The notes: generated from the letters alone by a model not told the origin. Counted from the whole stretch's first letter, positions 37,767 through 52,800 are shown. The stretch: DNA of 63,534 bases, filler included, from Reticulomyxa filosa (GCA_000512085.1; 21 parts of 21 records of this genome joined end to end with filler, not necessarily neighbours in it), one strand, 5' to 3'. Numbers and translations are program-made.

Positions 37767-40700
37767 TTGCATGTGCATGGTCATTTACTTTTTAGAAAAA
37801 TATCCAAAAGTTTTGTACACAACATTTTTTTGAAACTTTTTTGAAACACTATGAAATTTTGACAAATAACATTTCAACATTTTGCAATTTTTTGTAAACA
37901 TTTTTAAAAAGAATTTTACAAGTTTAGATATAATGGGAATATATTTTGTTAATTGTTGTCAATTATCGCATTATCACGTATGCTACGAATACAATCATTT
38001 ACGATAAGATAACAAATATTTTTTTAACAATGATGTTGCTCAAACTCAAGCACATTGTCCATATGCATTGTTATAAACAACTTTCTCTTGATTGTAACTA
38101 TTATTGATCTCATTGCTTTCCTTAACTTGACATTTTTTGAAATATGCTAGTTAATTATGTTTTTATAGAAAAAGCTAATAATGAATGCTAATTATAATAA
38201 AAAAATTCGCTATTTCAATTTCTGCAATAATAAAAACACAACAAAACTCCGAAAGAAAATGAAATAAGAAAAAATATTAACATATTTTTTAAAAATACAG
38301 TAAATTGCAAAAGAAAGCTTATACATAAAACTGCACATTATACAGATTATTGATTTTCTAAATGAAAAAACAACATTTACACATAATATTTTTTTGAAAA
38401 ATATATACGAATATTGTAGTTTTTAACATAGTTTTAATTTTTATTAAGTAGTTTATAATTGTTTTAAATTATTTTTAGCAGAATTTCAGTTTTATAAAGA
38501 ATTGCTTATACTTTAAATTTTTTCCTATTTTTGTTATTTAATTTTTTAATGATTAGTTTATCACTATAACTTTGCTCTTTCTCAAAATGTATTTACTTTG
38601 ATTTTGAAGCAGTAGAACTTGTGTAAAATTGGAAATTGCATTTTTCGTGACATTGGATTTCACAAAAATGAAATTGTTGTATTTGCTGATTCCTTTATTT
38701 TGTGCTCTTTAACTCTTTTTTGCATTTCACTGCATTTTGAAAAAGGCTAGTGGTCGAACTACATTCATGACTCATAAACATTGTCCAGCCCATAAGCACA
38801 TGAACAAGTCTTAATTCAGAATTTCAAGCCTTTCCAAAAAAAAATTTAAAATATACTTATATAATAAAAACATTTTAGTTTCCACACGCTAAAAAAACAA
38901 ACATGAAATCAAAAATAGCGTTAAAAACAGCAAAAATTTTCGATTATCATATCTTTGAATTTCTTGGTGTGCAAACAGCTAACTTAAAGTCAGTGTGAAT
39001 GTATTGCACCAATTCGCCACCCAAGTCTTCGCTAATGACAGCAAATGTCGTGTAAATACGCTGTTAGTAGCAACTGTTTTGCAACAACAAAAGTTTTTTT
39101 GTCTGACTGAAGTCTGTTGATCAAGAAACTGGCTGTTGAATCGAAATTCGACTGACAGATCCTTGCAATCACTTGTTTGCAACTACTAATCTAATTTAGC
39201 GCTTCTGCATTGTGCTGCTTCTATGGAATCACATGTAATGGTCAGTAGTTACAATTACTAACAAATCTTTTTTTCAGATTTTTCAATATCAATAACAAAT
39301 TTTGCTTTGCGACATCAAGCTTACTTTTTTAATTTGCTTCACCGTATTTAGCATGATAAGTCCGGTACCGCGATATATATACTTGTGCTGTCATATATGA
39401 TAAATCGCATTTACTTTGCAAACGTATTTATAAATATTCTTGAATTTCATTTGCTACATAGTTGCGACTGGTGGTGTAGTTTGTACGCATTCCTAAAAAC
39501 TTTTGTTCTGATTCATTATTAAATTTCTGACTTTAGTCATGATCATTTTTTTATTCAATGCTATGATCAATTTGTTCGACTTTTGTCATATCTTGTTATG
39601 TGTTGAACAAATAACTTCTAAATATTCCTTCATGTTCAAAATCATCAACTAATAACTCATTGATATCTTTTACTTCAAGCAAAGGGACATCAAAATTTTC
39701 TCTACAAGTCAATCCACCATTACACAAAAGGAGCCACTCATATATCAAAAATATTAAGGTGAACGAATACTTTAATTTTTGATATAATAAAATGAAAAAA
39801 TGTTAATTCATTGAATTACAAAAAGGTTGAAGAAATGTCTTATTTGAGTTCAAATTGTATTTATTACTACTTTTGATTATTTTTTCTATTTTTTAACAGT
39901 GTTTCCTAAGGGATTTTTCAAAAAAAATTAACTCTTCAAGTAACTTACTGCCGTTGAGAAAAATAAAATCTTGTGGTCTACTAATTAATTTAACAACAAA
40001 TAAAAAATAAACAGTTGAAAAATTGACGTTTCTATAAGTTTGTCAACGCTCCCAAAAACGTCAAATCCAGCGATATCCCTTGAGCGAGATGACATGAAGA
40101 TGAACAACTTGGGAGGATAAGATCTCAATTTTTTCAAAAAAAAGCCTTGAATTAAATTTTTTTAAATTCACTATCAATCTTAAAACATTTATTTAAAACT
40201 GAAAAGATTCTTAAAAGGGGGTCATTTCCATTTTTTTTATTTTTTTACCTGACATCAACGTGTCTCGTTTACTGTTCCTAAAGCTAGTCACTTATTTTTT
40301 TAAATCATTGAATGTCAATGAAGTTACATATGCCAAAATAGTTGAAAGGGTTAAAGATTGTCTTTTCGTTTACGACGTTGACTTAACAACATTACTTCTT
40401 TTTACAGCTTGATTTATGTTAATTTTTGTTTGTCTCAATGACATTTGCACTTTCAGTTCATTTCAAATGATTGTGTTACAGTGTGACTGATTTATTTCTT
40501 TTTAATTTTTTAAAGTTTGTTTATTAGTCAATAATACTACATTATTATTGATAGAAAGTATTAATAATTTCATTTTTCTTCTTTTCCAGTCTGCGGACCA
40601 GCAACAACAAAATGAAGATATCTTGAATAAACTTCTCGGTACCAGTGATAACAAAATCAAGTTTTATTTCGATGAAAACAAAAATTTTTTCGATTTCGGC

Positions 40701-41061
40701 ACCAACTTTTAGAGATCAAGCAAAAGAGGTAGTAAAACAGAGTTTTTTAAGGCCGTAATTGTGATTATGTACCGCCGCTCCTCTTTATCAAGCGCAGTAA
40801 ATCAATTTAATCGGCTTTCTATTGCCAGATTTTCTTTGCAGGCAAGAAAATATGGATAATGATAACAATAATTTCCGTTGACAACAAAAAAAGAATAGTC
40901 AGAGCAGGCAAAAGAGGGAAAAAGAAAGTGACACTACAAAAGCATAGAAAAAGCCGAGGCCCACGCTCAGCCGTGTATCAGGAGCCGGATCAAATATCGG
41001 AAATGACAAAAAATCAGATGAAAGAAAAGTAAAGCAGGCCAAACAGGTAAAAGACAAGCAA

Positions 41062-41500
41062 ATGGAAAAAACGAGTAAAAGTGTCGAGCTAATGAAGACA
41101 AAGGAAAGTTCAGTTTGGGAGAGATTATTGCAAAGACACGGACGCGATGGAATTGAAGCACCACAAGTGTTCAATCGATGGAAGGCAGTGCCAGCGTTGG
41201 TATTGACACATGTGTGTTTGGGAGGGGTATATTCGTGGAGCCTGTTCAATGGTCCTTTGACACGTGAGCTCGGATCGATCGGATCCGTCGCAAGTGACTG
41301 GACCCTGTCGCAAGTCGTTCCAATTTTCAGCATGGTTATTTTTATGAACGGCATGACCGGCGCGTTTTTCGGGAAATGGATCGATCGCGCGGGGCCAAGA
41401 ATCGCCTTAGCCCTTGGAGGGTTATGTTACGGTGGTGGCATGATTCTTGGGTCTCTTGGTGTTGCCTACCATTCTTTGCCATTGGTTTATTTGGGTTACG
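41062..41500 (+). CDS. MFS transporter, oxalate/formate antiporter (OFA)-like, N-terminal part
   Basis: HVCLGGVYSWSLFNGPLTRELG, DWTLSQVVPIFS, MFS motif A GKWIDRAGPR and LVYLGY. Confidence 0.85.
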
Positions 41501-41664
41501 TTAAGTGCAATTTTTTTTTCACTGTATTTTTTTTTTTCCCCCCTCTTTTTTTTTNNNNNNNNNNNNNNNNNNNNNNNNNNNNNNNNNNNNNNNNNNNNTT
41601 AATTAATTAANNNNNNNNNNNNNNNNNNNNNNNNNNNNNNNNNNNNNNNNNNNNATATACATAT

Positions 41665-41696
<32 letters not shown>

Positions 41697-41726
41697 GTGT
41701 ACATATAATTGATTTTTAAAAAAATA

Positions 41727-44165
41727 AGTGGCACTTGAGCCCTCGAAATTTCGTGTTATTGCAATGGAAGATAGAAATGTACTGATGGTTTGGGAGTTGG
41801 ATGACATTGTAAAAAAAATGGATTGAAGAGGAGTGGGTTGTTTCATCGAAAATAAAACAATGGTATTTCAACGCGAGCATTTGTCCGACACACAAAGAAT
41901 TGGAACATGATACCGATAAACAACACAATGAAGAAGAAAAAAAAAAAGAAAAAACAGACAAATCATCTAAAGAGGAGAGTAGAGCCCTCACGAGATACTG
42001 CACAATTTCAAACGATCAAAAGTTTTGCATTTGGGATAATTTGGAACCAAATACTTTGTATACTCTTTCTTTGCAAACTGTCATTGGCTCTCCTCCACAA
42101 TCACTTGACAATGTGGATAATTTTATCGCTGCTTCTTCCTGGATTTCCATTAATACCAAAACATATAAGACATTTGAAGGTATTTTTTTTGAGCATAATA
42201 AGTGAATAAATGTATATATACATATACATATATATATATTCACGTATTGATCATATGTGTCGTAAAAAAAAAAAAAACAGAGTCATTAGGGATAAACTCG
42301 TTTCCACGACCTCCACTCCATTTGCAATTGACAAAAGTGACAAAACACACGGCAGAGATGCACTGGCTCCCTGCGGTGTTTAACGAGACAGCCGATGCGG
42401 CACACTCGCCCGTGGTCTACAAAATTTATGAGTACAATCAGTGGAAAGGGTCGGCACTTGCGGAGTTGTCAGAAGACACGACAACGTGGAAAACGAGTCG
42501 TTACAACACAACACAGAGTACTTGTTCACGGTCGAGGCCGTCAAAAATAATGTTCAGCTTCAAAGCCATCCTCTTCGATTCCGAACCCCTTCAAAAGGTA
42601 AAGTACCTTATCACAACACATATACATATATATGTATATAAATGTATACATGTATATGGATACAAAATAAAATAAACCATTAAAACATACTATATATAAT
42701 ATATATATACATGTGTATATCTTGTTTTCAATTATCGGATAACTCTGACACACAGATATTTCTATGTTTCTATTATTATCATTTTTATTGCGAATTATAT
42801 ATATACATATACATATATATATATTTTTTTTTTTTTTTAAAAAAAAAAAAGAGGAAGAAACGTTTACAAAAGCAGACGGCACATCGAAAGCATTTACACC
42901 CAGCACTCCTCAAGGATTGCACATTTATATATCCACAAATGGCAAAAGAGAACAGCGTTACGTGTGTTGGAACTCTGCGGAGAAATGTTTGGGCGACATC
43001 AGCTATGAGCTGGTGGTCGACGGGAACGCCCCAAACAAAAGCGACAACTCTCGACCGGTGAGAGCAGTATTCGAGCCTCTGCAAGAGCAAACCGGCACTT
43101 ACAATCTTTGCGTCCGAACGGTGTGCGAATTTAATGGAGTCCAATACTTTTCGCAACCGAGCGCGCCCATTGTTGTTCAAAGTGAAGCCTTTGTCGTAAT
43201 CGATGATCCGAATGTCCTGCATGTTATTCTGCTTGCAAACGAAGGTTCCACTCATGGTCAATTTTTGTTGCGTCCAATCCCGAACAGTTTATATAAAAAA
43301 AAAAAATATATATATACATATATATGTATTTATTTATTATGACTCCTTTTACAATAAACAACGACAAATAAAAGGGGAGATAAACATGGACACCACTCAA
43401 TTGTGTGAACTACCATTTGAGCCGATCAGTGTACTGGGGTCGAAGCTTGCACATAGCTGCTTGTGGGACGTGCAGCCCTTCCGACGTGCCAACTATGCCA
43501 ACGTGAGTTTTGGAGTGGAGTGGAAGGAGATGAAATCAGACGGAACGTCGAAAATGATGAGCAAAAGTGTGACCCCTTCTCTGAACACCATCGCCATTGG
43601 CTGCCGAGCGTTCACCATTGACATCACGGAACGGCCGATTTTGAATTTCGGAAGCAAGACATACCAGCAGTTCTTGACAGGGGTGTTGGAGTACTTGTAC
43701 GTGAACATGAATAATCGTTTTAGTACCAGCATGGCACTGAACATCTTCTTCGACTTTGCCCGACACTGCAAGCAGCGTCACGTGGCCAAAAAGGCTCTCC
43801 GAAAAGAAACTGTGCACTACATCAATCAAAGACTGGCCACGGAGGAGACCATTTCCTCGTGGCATCAAGTTGAGTGGATGTTTCTGTATGCAATGAGAAG
43901 AGAGTCTTCTTCTTCCACAATACAATAACAATTTTACATTATTAACAAATGCAAAGATGTGTCGAATCATTTTTGGAATCTATGTGTTACTGGGTTTCGG
44001 CAAGCCAGATGACTTGGTTAGCTCACAAAAGCTACTACATTTTTATCGAGTATGTGTTTGGACAATGTCATGGGCAATGCCAATGTTAACATTTTTTATG
44101 TCTTGTATTTGTAAAACATATATACATATATATAAATATATAAATATATACATGAATGTATACAC

Positions 44166-44230
<65 letters not shown>

Positions 44231-45685
44231 TTATATGTTTATGTATAATCATAAATCAATAGAAAGTAATGGAAAACATTGTGTCCGTCCTTGGAGCCTA
44301 CTTAATCCAAGCCCAAAGGGCTTTCTTTAATCAAATCGTAAAGCAACACTCGAACACAACGAATCAATGGGTGAACTTGCTTTGGTTCAATCTCTTAGGC
44401 GCGATCACGAAGAATATTGACATTTTACAACAAGTAAAAGCGATAGAAGCGCAGTTGATCTCACCTTCAGGGTTTGATTCACTCATCGACTTGACAACAT
44501 TGGAATGGCACTTTGGCCATGCCTCGCGGCCATTGCCAACCGAGCAGGCATTTGTCATCAGTTTATTGCGACATCCCTGCATGAGTCCGGAGGACAAGTT
44601 CAAGCAGCTGATCCATCTGTTGGACCTGATCGTTCGCAACCATCCTCAGCCGCTGATTGCCATCAAAGAGCTTTTGGAACAGCGAAAGCACGATTTCGGG
44701 GTGTTTGGCAAAGAGGCCAAGTTCAAATGGGCGGGTGAGTTGGCACAATATGTGTTGCGTCAATGGCCGCCAGAGACACCACCGGCCACACAAGTGCTGC
44801 AAATCATTGCCGATTTCATCCTCGCCCCGGCCATTGTCTGCATCCACAACACCGCGGAGGGGGACTTATTGTTTGCGCTATTGCGAGGGTTTGGTGCACT
44901 CACCACTGCCAAAGTGGCTTCGCAAATTTTCGAAAATCGCTTTTTGCACTCCGATGTCAAGTTCATTCCTTTTTATGTGGAAAGCCTTAAAGTTGAGTGT
45001 GGAGAAAACAATGTAATAATTTTTTTTTTTTTTTTTAATATTATATTTATTACGAATTTCCAACCTAATATTAATACATTCAAAATCATCCCACAACATT
45101 AAAAAAAAAAAAAATTGTTGGATAGTCCACCCCGGAGCTATTGAAAAACGTATACAAATCATGGCTGCAACACGAACGTGGATTGATTGAAACGATTCAA
45201 CGAATCACCGCGTTCGGTTTGGATTGGAAGAGCTTTGAAAAGTTGTTTGACCGTGGATCTACCCTTTCCTTGCAAGTGTTAATGCCGCAATTATTTTCGG
45301 AGCGCTTTGAAATATTGATGACAGAAGAAATGCCTTTCACTTGTTAACACTTTTATTTTATGTGTGTGTGTGAGATCTATCAAATAATATGCACCAACAC
45401 ACACAGTGAAAAAAAAATTGATCGGGTCAATGAACGAGCGGCTGTCCAGCAAGTTCAATCGCTCCAAAACGCTGGCCTTGAGCGACACGGAAAAGCAAAT
45501 GTGCATTACTGGAATACGCAAATTGATGGAGCGAAAAAACATGGAATTGGTCGTCGAAATTATGTATCAGCTGTTTGAAGGCTTTAGCCCTTTTGTCCAT
45601 TACAACAAATTGGAGATCATTAATTTCGTTGCCAGCCCAGAGGGAATTGAACTTTTTGAGTTGGGTTATTTCACATATATACGTA

Positions 45686-45720
<35 letters not shown>

Positions 45721-46731
45721 ATGTATATATATATAACAAAATAAAACCAAAAAAATAGGTTATTGATCGAAGTGACTAGGGTCCAAAAAAAAGAACCGCC
45801 GTTTGCCGTGATTTTAGATGATTTCTGCTTGTGGTTTGTGCAGCTGACACAAGACATATGGGAACAGACCGTAAGTGTGGCGATAATGGAGGTGATCGTG
45901 AAACAACACAATTACGATCAATTGCTTCATCTGTTTGATTCCGCCAGCTCCATTCGCTCCAATTTTGCCAAGCGACCCAAGACAGTCGATCTGAGCGCCT
46001 TTGAAAACGTGAAGAAAAAACGTGATCTGCTGCAACACTTCTTCGCACACTGCGGGATTGCCGAGCACTACTTGGCCAGCGACTTGAAAGGCCTGTACCA
46101 ATTGCACAGCGAAGTGAGCGTGTCCACGGCTTGGAACGAAGTCAATCTGCGCACCGCCCTAAGCAAAAACTGGACCATTGTCGATCCCGCCATGCAGCTA
46201 ATGGACACATTCCACAAAACGTCGTCTTCCGATGTTTGGTTGTCGTTGTGGCGATCTTTGGTGTTGGAACAGCAGCGAGAATGGAATATTGTAATAACAA
46301 ATATAATAAATATATTATTGATATTATATACATATACACATTATCAATAATATTATTCTCTCATCACTTAAACACATATACACAAAAATTATAGAAAGGC
46401 TTTGTTCTATTAAACACATTTGCATTGTGTCAATGGATTCGTGAAAACGGGACGAAATTGCTGGAAAGTAAATCTTCATATGACTTGGAGGGATACATAC
46501 AAAAATTCTTTGAACACGAAATCGACGGAACACGCGTGGAAAGTCTGAACCTTAAGGATGAAGAGAACCTGTTGGGGATCCTTTTCCCCAATGCCACCTC
46601 CATTTCACCGGAAGATCGCACTGTCACCAATCGTTTGTGCCATTTGATAGTGGAGCGAGTTAAGAACATAGGTCTTTCTGTTCAAATGGAATTCAATGAT
46701 CATCTTAGTACTCTGTAAATCATAATAAACA

Positions 46732-46771
<40 letters not shown>

Positions 46772-48689
46772 TGGAGAAAGCAAACGAAATGAAGAAGCGT
46801 CCTCCGAATCAAAAGAAATTCAGTGCGAAGACACTGATTGATTTGTATAAAACAGTGATCAAGGAGTGGGACGACATAAAGAAACAGCTGTACGAGCAAA
46901 CGATAACGGGCGAGAAGCTGGTGATGAAGATAGGTTTGCTGCGACATAAGAGCGAAGCAGAAATAAGATCGCAAATCGTGTTGATGTACGAGCCTTACAC
47001 GCGAGATGGAGAGAGGCCAATCCTGGAGATACGGGAGAAGATGCAGTTCGATAGATTCGACTATGCAGTGCAGAATGGAACGGACGTGAGTGAAGAGGAG
47101 TTGCGTGCGTTCAAGGGAATAATCACAGACCTGAAATTGCGTGTTCCGACGGTGATGAACAGCAATGAACCACTGGAGCCGCACACGTTCATTCAGAGCG
47201 TTAAGCAAGAGCTTCAACGTCGTACCCATGAAATGAAAGTGGATAAGATCAAGGCCAACGAGGCCGATTGGACCAATGTAGTTCGTGATTGCCATTTGCA
47301 TGCTCGCTATCTGGACTGGGTCAAGTTCGTGGGATTCAAGGTGGTCCTTATCAACCCCATGTGTCTGCAAGAACTCGAGTTTCTACGCGAAAGTGCGACG
47401 GTAATCAAAGACGTATTCGAATGCTTGGAAAGCACCGAAGCGTTGAAGTTGCTTCGAAGTGTCGTCGGAGTCTTCCTTCCCCTCTACAAACAGAAACATA
47501 AAGCCGTACTTGCTAATCCAGTCTGGGAAGATAAGGATTGGGTCACCAGCAGCAATTTGTTGATTTCGTTCAATCTCAAAATCCAAAGCATTGTCGCCAT
47601 TTGGAAAAGAGACAAGTTTTTTCTCTCCCCCTCTCCTTTATTTTTTTTAAAAATTGAAACTCATAACATTTAAAATAAAAAAAAAATAACAGAGAAAAGT
47701 ATCCGAAAATTAAACCCTTGGGCGTCGAATGGCTTCGGTTAATCGTGAGCAACAGCAGGGTGTTCAAAGAGTGCTTTGAACGGTTTTCCAATGATCAAAT
47801 ATTCGAAGACCACTTGCAGTCCTTTGCCGCCAATGACCCCGTCCAATCTGTGCGCAGCAGCAGTCTGATGCTGGTTCGCAACTTTGTCATGCAGATGCTC
47901 AGCACCGACTTTGAAAACGTCTCGAAAATGAAAGAGCGCATACTCTATATGGCCCAACACGAAACCGATGAAGAAAGTCTCAAGTCGTACAATGTCGTGT
48001 GTCTATCGTGGGAGTCCATTGTCCGAGACGTCATTGATCCGCAAGGATGGATCCACCAAAAGGATAAGGAGTTCTTGGAGAGAATTCGAACAGTTTCGGA
48101 TTTTATTCAATTGAAGTAGAAACATATAAATATATATATATATGTTTCTACTTCAATTGATTTGTATTGCTAACACATAAGCACACAAACAAACCAAACA
48201 TATTTAAAAGGTTCACTTTGGAGATGAAAAGTTGGCCCAACGCAATAATTACATAACCATTGGCTATGTGAAAAATTACGGAGACGAAAAAAGTGAAGGC
48301 AAAGATCAAATAGAGGTGTTGGCGCACAACGAGTTCGAGCAATTGATGGATCGTTTGCTATTGTTTATGACAGGAGAGTCGGAAAGCATCAACTCGGAAG
48401 CGCTGACCACAAACAAAGGCATTTCCTTGATGACTGCTCAAGACGTATACAACCTATTCCTTTCTTTTGAAAAGCAACTGATCACTGCTGGCTTGAAAGA
48501 TGTCGGTGAGGGATTGCGGCAATTGCGGGAACGTAATATCACCGGCAAAAAGCTCATCAGCCTTGCCAGTGATTCCAAGGGCAATGATATTCTGAAAGAG
48601 ATGTTCAACAGCGACATTAGTGAAGATAATCCCCTCAAACAAGAGATTGTCAAGATCATTCAATTTGAAATGCTCAAAGAAAAAGTTAC
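41727..48689 (+). CDS. Very large multi-exon protein with FN3 repeats, helical regions and two SAM-like segments, truncated at both ends
   Basis: FN3 motifs DNLEPNTLYTLSL, LQHNTEYLFTVEA and GTYNLCVRTV. SAM-like segments YIQKFFEHEIDGTRVESLNLKD and LRERNITGKKLISL. About ten co-oriented exons. Confidence 0.7.
44176..44222. repeat. (TA)n intronic microsatellite, representative of many TA/TATACA arrays in this window
   Basis: Directly visible dinucleotide array inside an intron. Confidence 0.9.
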
Positions 48690-48789
48690 NNNNNNNNNNN
48701 NNNNNNNNNNNNNNNNNNNNNNNNNNNNNNNNNTTAATTAATTAANNNNNNNNNNNNNNNNNNNNNNNNNNNNNNNNNNNNNNNNNNNN

Positions 48790-50120
48790 ATTGACATTGA
48801 CATTGACATTGGCATTGGCATTGTTGCAATTCGAACTCAAAGTCAAATGGGTATGTCCAGAGGCGAGCGAACTTTGGCTGAGACATTGTTCCTTTTGTAC
48901 ATGTGTGTGGTCTGTTTGAACAGAAGCAGAGACGGGATAAGAAGACGAGGCATTGGGGATGGATGTGGCAAGAGGAAGTGAAAGAGGGACCTGCAGTGTA
49001 AGCGGGATTTGTTGGAGTGGAAATGAGAGTGGAAGAGACAATGTATTTGCAGAGGAAGAGGAAGAAGAAGAAGAAGAAGAAGAATTGGACGTGTTTGGCA
49101 ATGTCTGAAGATGAGGAGAAGAGAGGGAGGATGTCGACTTTGAGGATACACGGTCAGCCGTCGCAGAGAGTACGTCCACACCAACGGCGGAGTTGTCTCC
49201 AGCAGAGCATGCAGGAATTTGGGATGGGACTTGGTTCGACAAGTATGAGTTGGCGTTGCTGGTACCTTAATTATTTTGTTTTGGTTAGTTTTTAGCAATA
49301 AAAATAAAAAAAAAAAAAAAAAGCAAACAAATTTTAAAAAAACAAACAATCATTGGTCGATTGTTCCAATTCCCGTCGCTGAAGTAGAGCTTTCCACCAC
49401 CAGTTGTCACTGGAGGAAATAATGGAAGAAGAAGAAGAAGAAGAAGAAGAAGTAGAGCAAGCTGAAGAAGAAGAAGAAGTTTCTTGCATCAAAACTTCTA
49501 AACACTGTTGAAACAATCGCTTCAATTTAATCTTTTTTTGCAAATGAAACAACTCCTCATGCAAAGCATCCAAGTCATGCTTCATTTGCATCAAAGTGTT
49601 GGCCAATATAACATTGGCAGCGCTGCAATTGCAATCGATCATTTCAATTTCCTTCTTTTCAATTTGGGTGTTGATTTGCACAACCTCCAACTCCAACTTG
49701 CCCATTTCTTGGACTTGCTTTTCCTTCCATTGCAAAATGACATCTCTCCACGTAAAGTTCCATTTCAACTTCATTGGCACGGATATCGTCGTCGATGCAT
49801 TGACCAGCACATTTTTTTATTTCGCAAATAGATTTTCAGCAAATACGACACAAACTCGCGGCGAAACTCTTTTGCAGCTAACACATTCCGATGCGACTGG
49901 ATTTCTTCCAGGATCTGTTCCAACTTTTGCTTTGCACCGGAAGATTGCACGTGCACTCCAAGTGAGGCAAATCTCTTCAATGAACATTGCAAATTCTCAA
50001 TCTTCCCATTCAATTCGTTTATCTGTTCTTTTATCTCTTGCAGCAATTCATTCTCACATTCCAGTTCAATATTCTCCCAATTCGTTGTCGTAACTGGCAA
50101 TGTCGAAGTCACATCATTTG
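48790..50120 (-). CDS. Coiled-coil, Ser-rich hypothetical protein fragment
   Basis: Heptad-rich ORFs 49771-50112 and 49334-49810 are joined by a frameshift, followed by an intron at about 49266-49347 and a Ser/Pro-rich exon. Confidence 0.5.
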
Positions 50121-50124
50121 CCCC

Positions 50125-50162
<38 letters not shown>

Positions 50163-50262
50163 NNNNNNNNNNNNNNNNNNNNNNNNNNNNNNNNNNNNNN
50201 NNNNNNTTAATTAATTAANNNNNNNNNNNNNNNNNNNNNNNNNNNNNNNNNNNNNNNNNNNN

Positions 50263-50765
50263 AATAAATTTAAGGCAATGTATTCCACCATCTTCTTCTT
50301 CATCTCTTTTGATCATATACAATTGATTCTTATTTGATCTAATATTCCAGAAACAAATTGTATTATCACCTGACCCAAAACATATCACATTTGAATTACT
50401 AATACTATTCTTTATTCAAATTGTGAATATTCCAGTGAATGCATTGATTAATTTGGATGATGAACTAAATGTGTCAAACATGAAGACAGTAGATGCCTAT
50501 GTGAAATAAACATTTGCATATTTGATTGATATTTGAAAAAAAAGAAAAACTAACATAATTGACAACAAGTTTGTCAAATTCATCAATCCATTCTAATTTG
50601 ATTTTCAATATTCGAATCTAATGTTGTATAATCAATTGAATCTTTTCTTTTTCAGACTGTTTGAATCACAAATTACAAACAATAAAAAAGCAACAAACTT
50701 TCTGAAAGCTTGTAATAAAGCTTACTAACGCTATTTACGCTGAATTTTGCTTCTCATTGCTAAGA
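50263..50765 (-). pseudogene. Degenerate WD40-family gene (N-terminal part)
   Basis: KEKIQLIIQH*IRILKIKLEWIDEFDKLVVNY, then STVFMFDTFSSSSKLINAFTG and GSGDNTICFWNIRSNK, with stops and deletions. Confidence 0.55.
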
Positions 50766-51362
50766 GTTTTCATTTGTTTTTTGCTTAAGATTGTTTTTGA
50801 CGATGTAAAATGTAAGATATTTGACTTTTTTTCAAAAGGGGTTTTCAAAAATATTTTTGGCAACGTGAAATAAGATTTTGGCAATACATGTAATTGTTTT
50901 TTCGATAAAGACAAGAAATTTTTAAAAAATTTGTACAAAACTAAGTATACAAATTTTTAAAAAGATTTTCAATAAAAACTTTGAAAATAATGTTTTGAGT
51001 TTTTGAAGAATATTTGAAAACAAAGATGAAACTTTGATGTTAAAACGAAAAATGTAATTTAACACAACTTTTATAAACGTTACATGTGTTTGTTTTTGTT
51101 TTTAAATTGATTATTGCTTTGCTAAGCTTGAAGAGTAAAAATTTGAATATTCGACTTGGAACATTAAAATTGCTTAACATAAATTTCATAAATGTCTAAA
51201 AGAAATTTAGTGAATTAATATTTTTTTAGAAGATAACACAATTCTTGGGATGCAATAATTCGNNNNNNNNNNNNNNNNNNNNNNNNNNNNNNNNNNNNNN
51301 NNNNNNTTAATTAATTAANNNNNNNNNNNNNNNNNNNNNNNNNNNNNNNNNNNNNNNNNNNN

Positions 51363-51545
51363 AGTGAGTTAGAAAAGAAATGGAGTAAATGGAATTCACA
51401 AGAAATGGCAATTTTCATTGGACATACTTCGGAATGTAAAAAATCAAAAATAAATGAATACAATGAAATCATTAAAGAAGAAAAAATTGATGGAATATCT
51501 TTATCAAAAATGTCAAAAAACGATTTGATGGATATAGAAAAAAAC
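51363..51545 (+). CDS. SAM-like domain fragment, possibly a pseudogene
   Basis: WSKWNSQEMAIFIG...EYNEIIKEEKIDGISLSKMSKNDL fits a SAM pattern (W.......L.....F....IDG..L..L...DL). Confidence 0.5.
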
Positions 51546-52315
51546 TGGTAAACACAATTATTATGACAATCCTTTAAAATGTCTAGTAATACTTTTCAAG
51601 GTGTTATCAATCATTAACAATTAAAAAATCTCATTTTTTAATGTTTTATTCATAATTTTGTTTCTGTGATTATACAGTTATTTATTTAAAAAAATTAATT
51701 GATAAAATCAGGAAGAATTGCAAAATATAAAAACAAAAACTGTTTGTCTGGAGTAAAAATTGATTTAATGATAATTTAAAAATTATTTTAAAAATTATGT
51801 TGTTCAACTGGATATTTTCCATTATTATCTATTTCAAATATGTGTGCAAACGCATTCTTGATCAATTTATTGTGGATAAATATTTAATTCTAAGTATATT
51901 GTTACTTTTGGTGAAATTATTCTAAAGTGAATAATAAATGATTTTAAAGTAATCACAGACTACTGTGTATTCTGCATTTCCAAAAGACTTGGATTTTGTT
52001 CATTAACAATCAGCAAAAACTAAACACATTATTTTCTGTCTTTGCAATCAAATTGCAAATAATGCGTTTATATTTCGAATATTTGCAACAGCTGCGTTGA
52101 ATAGTTTGTGGAATAGTCTCGATACAATAATTGAATATTTGTTGTTGTTCGTGTTTTAAAGAGATGTGATCGATTGATTAGTTGTTTTATTCAATTGTGC
52201 AAAGTTTTTTAAGTTTAACTTTTTTAAAAGGGGTTCTGACCTTTTAAAAAAAAAGTATTTTACATGAACATTTCTTATTTGGTTAATGAAACAAACTGCA
52301 GAAATATTAACAGCA

Positions 52316-52800
52316 TGGGTAATCAAAATACAATCTCTTTTCAAATACTGAAAGATTTGCCCACTTCACTTTCTGAATCTCAATGTGTACTACACAAACA
52401 CGAACTCCTCCTTTGTAGAAGTGCAAACAAAAGAACCTGTTATTCTTGTCATACACTGTGTAATGAAACTAGTAGATAACGACAACAAAGACAGCAATCA
52501 AATCATTTTGTTGTCTTTTGGTATATCCTAAACATACATTGACGATGAAATATGTAAGCGTTTGGGATAATATGTCAAACAAATCAAATGACTCAAACAA
52601 TTTCAATGGATGGATTCATCAATTTATCATTGAAAGAGATAAATATCATTATTATGAAGGATTACGTGCAGTGATTGGTGGAAGAAACAATAATTTGTTA
52701 TTTATCACTTATCCAAATTATATTTGCGTTTGATTTAAATACATTTCAATTTGTTAAACATGATACCAACTAGTAATTATATTTAATTTCATTGCTTTGC
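52316..52800 (+). pseudogene. Degenerate Kelch-like beta-propeller gene
   Basis: MGNQNTISFQILKDLPTSLSESQCVLHKHELLLC...CYSCHT, LTMKYVSVW and GLRAVIGGRNNNLLFITY, with frameshifts. Confidence 0.5.

Noticed and set aside
38950-39700. Possible HEAT/ARM gene on the minus strand
   Set aside because: Only a short helical-looking stretch among many stops, which is too weak to call.
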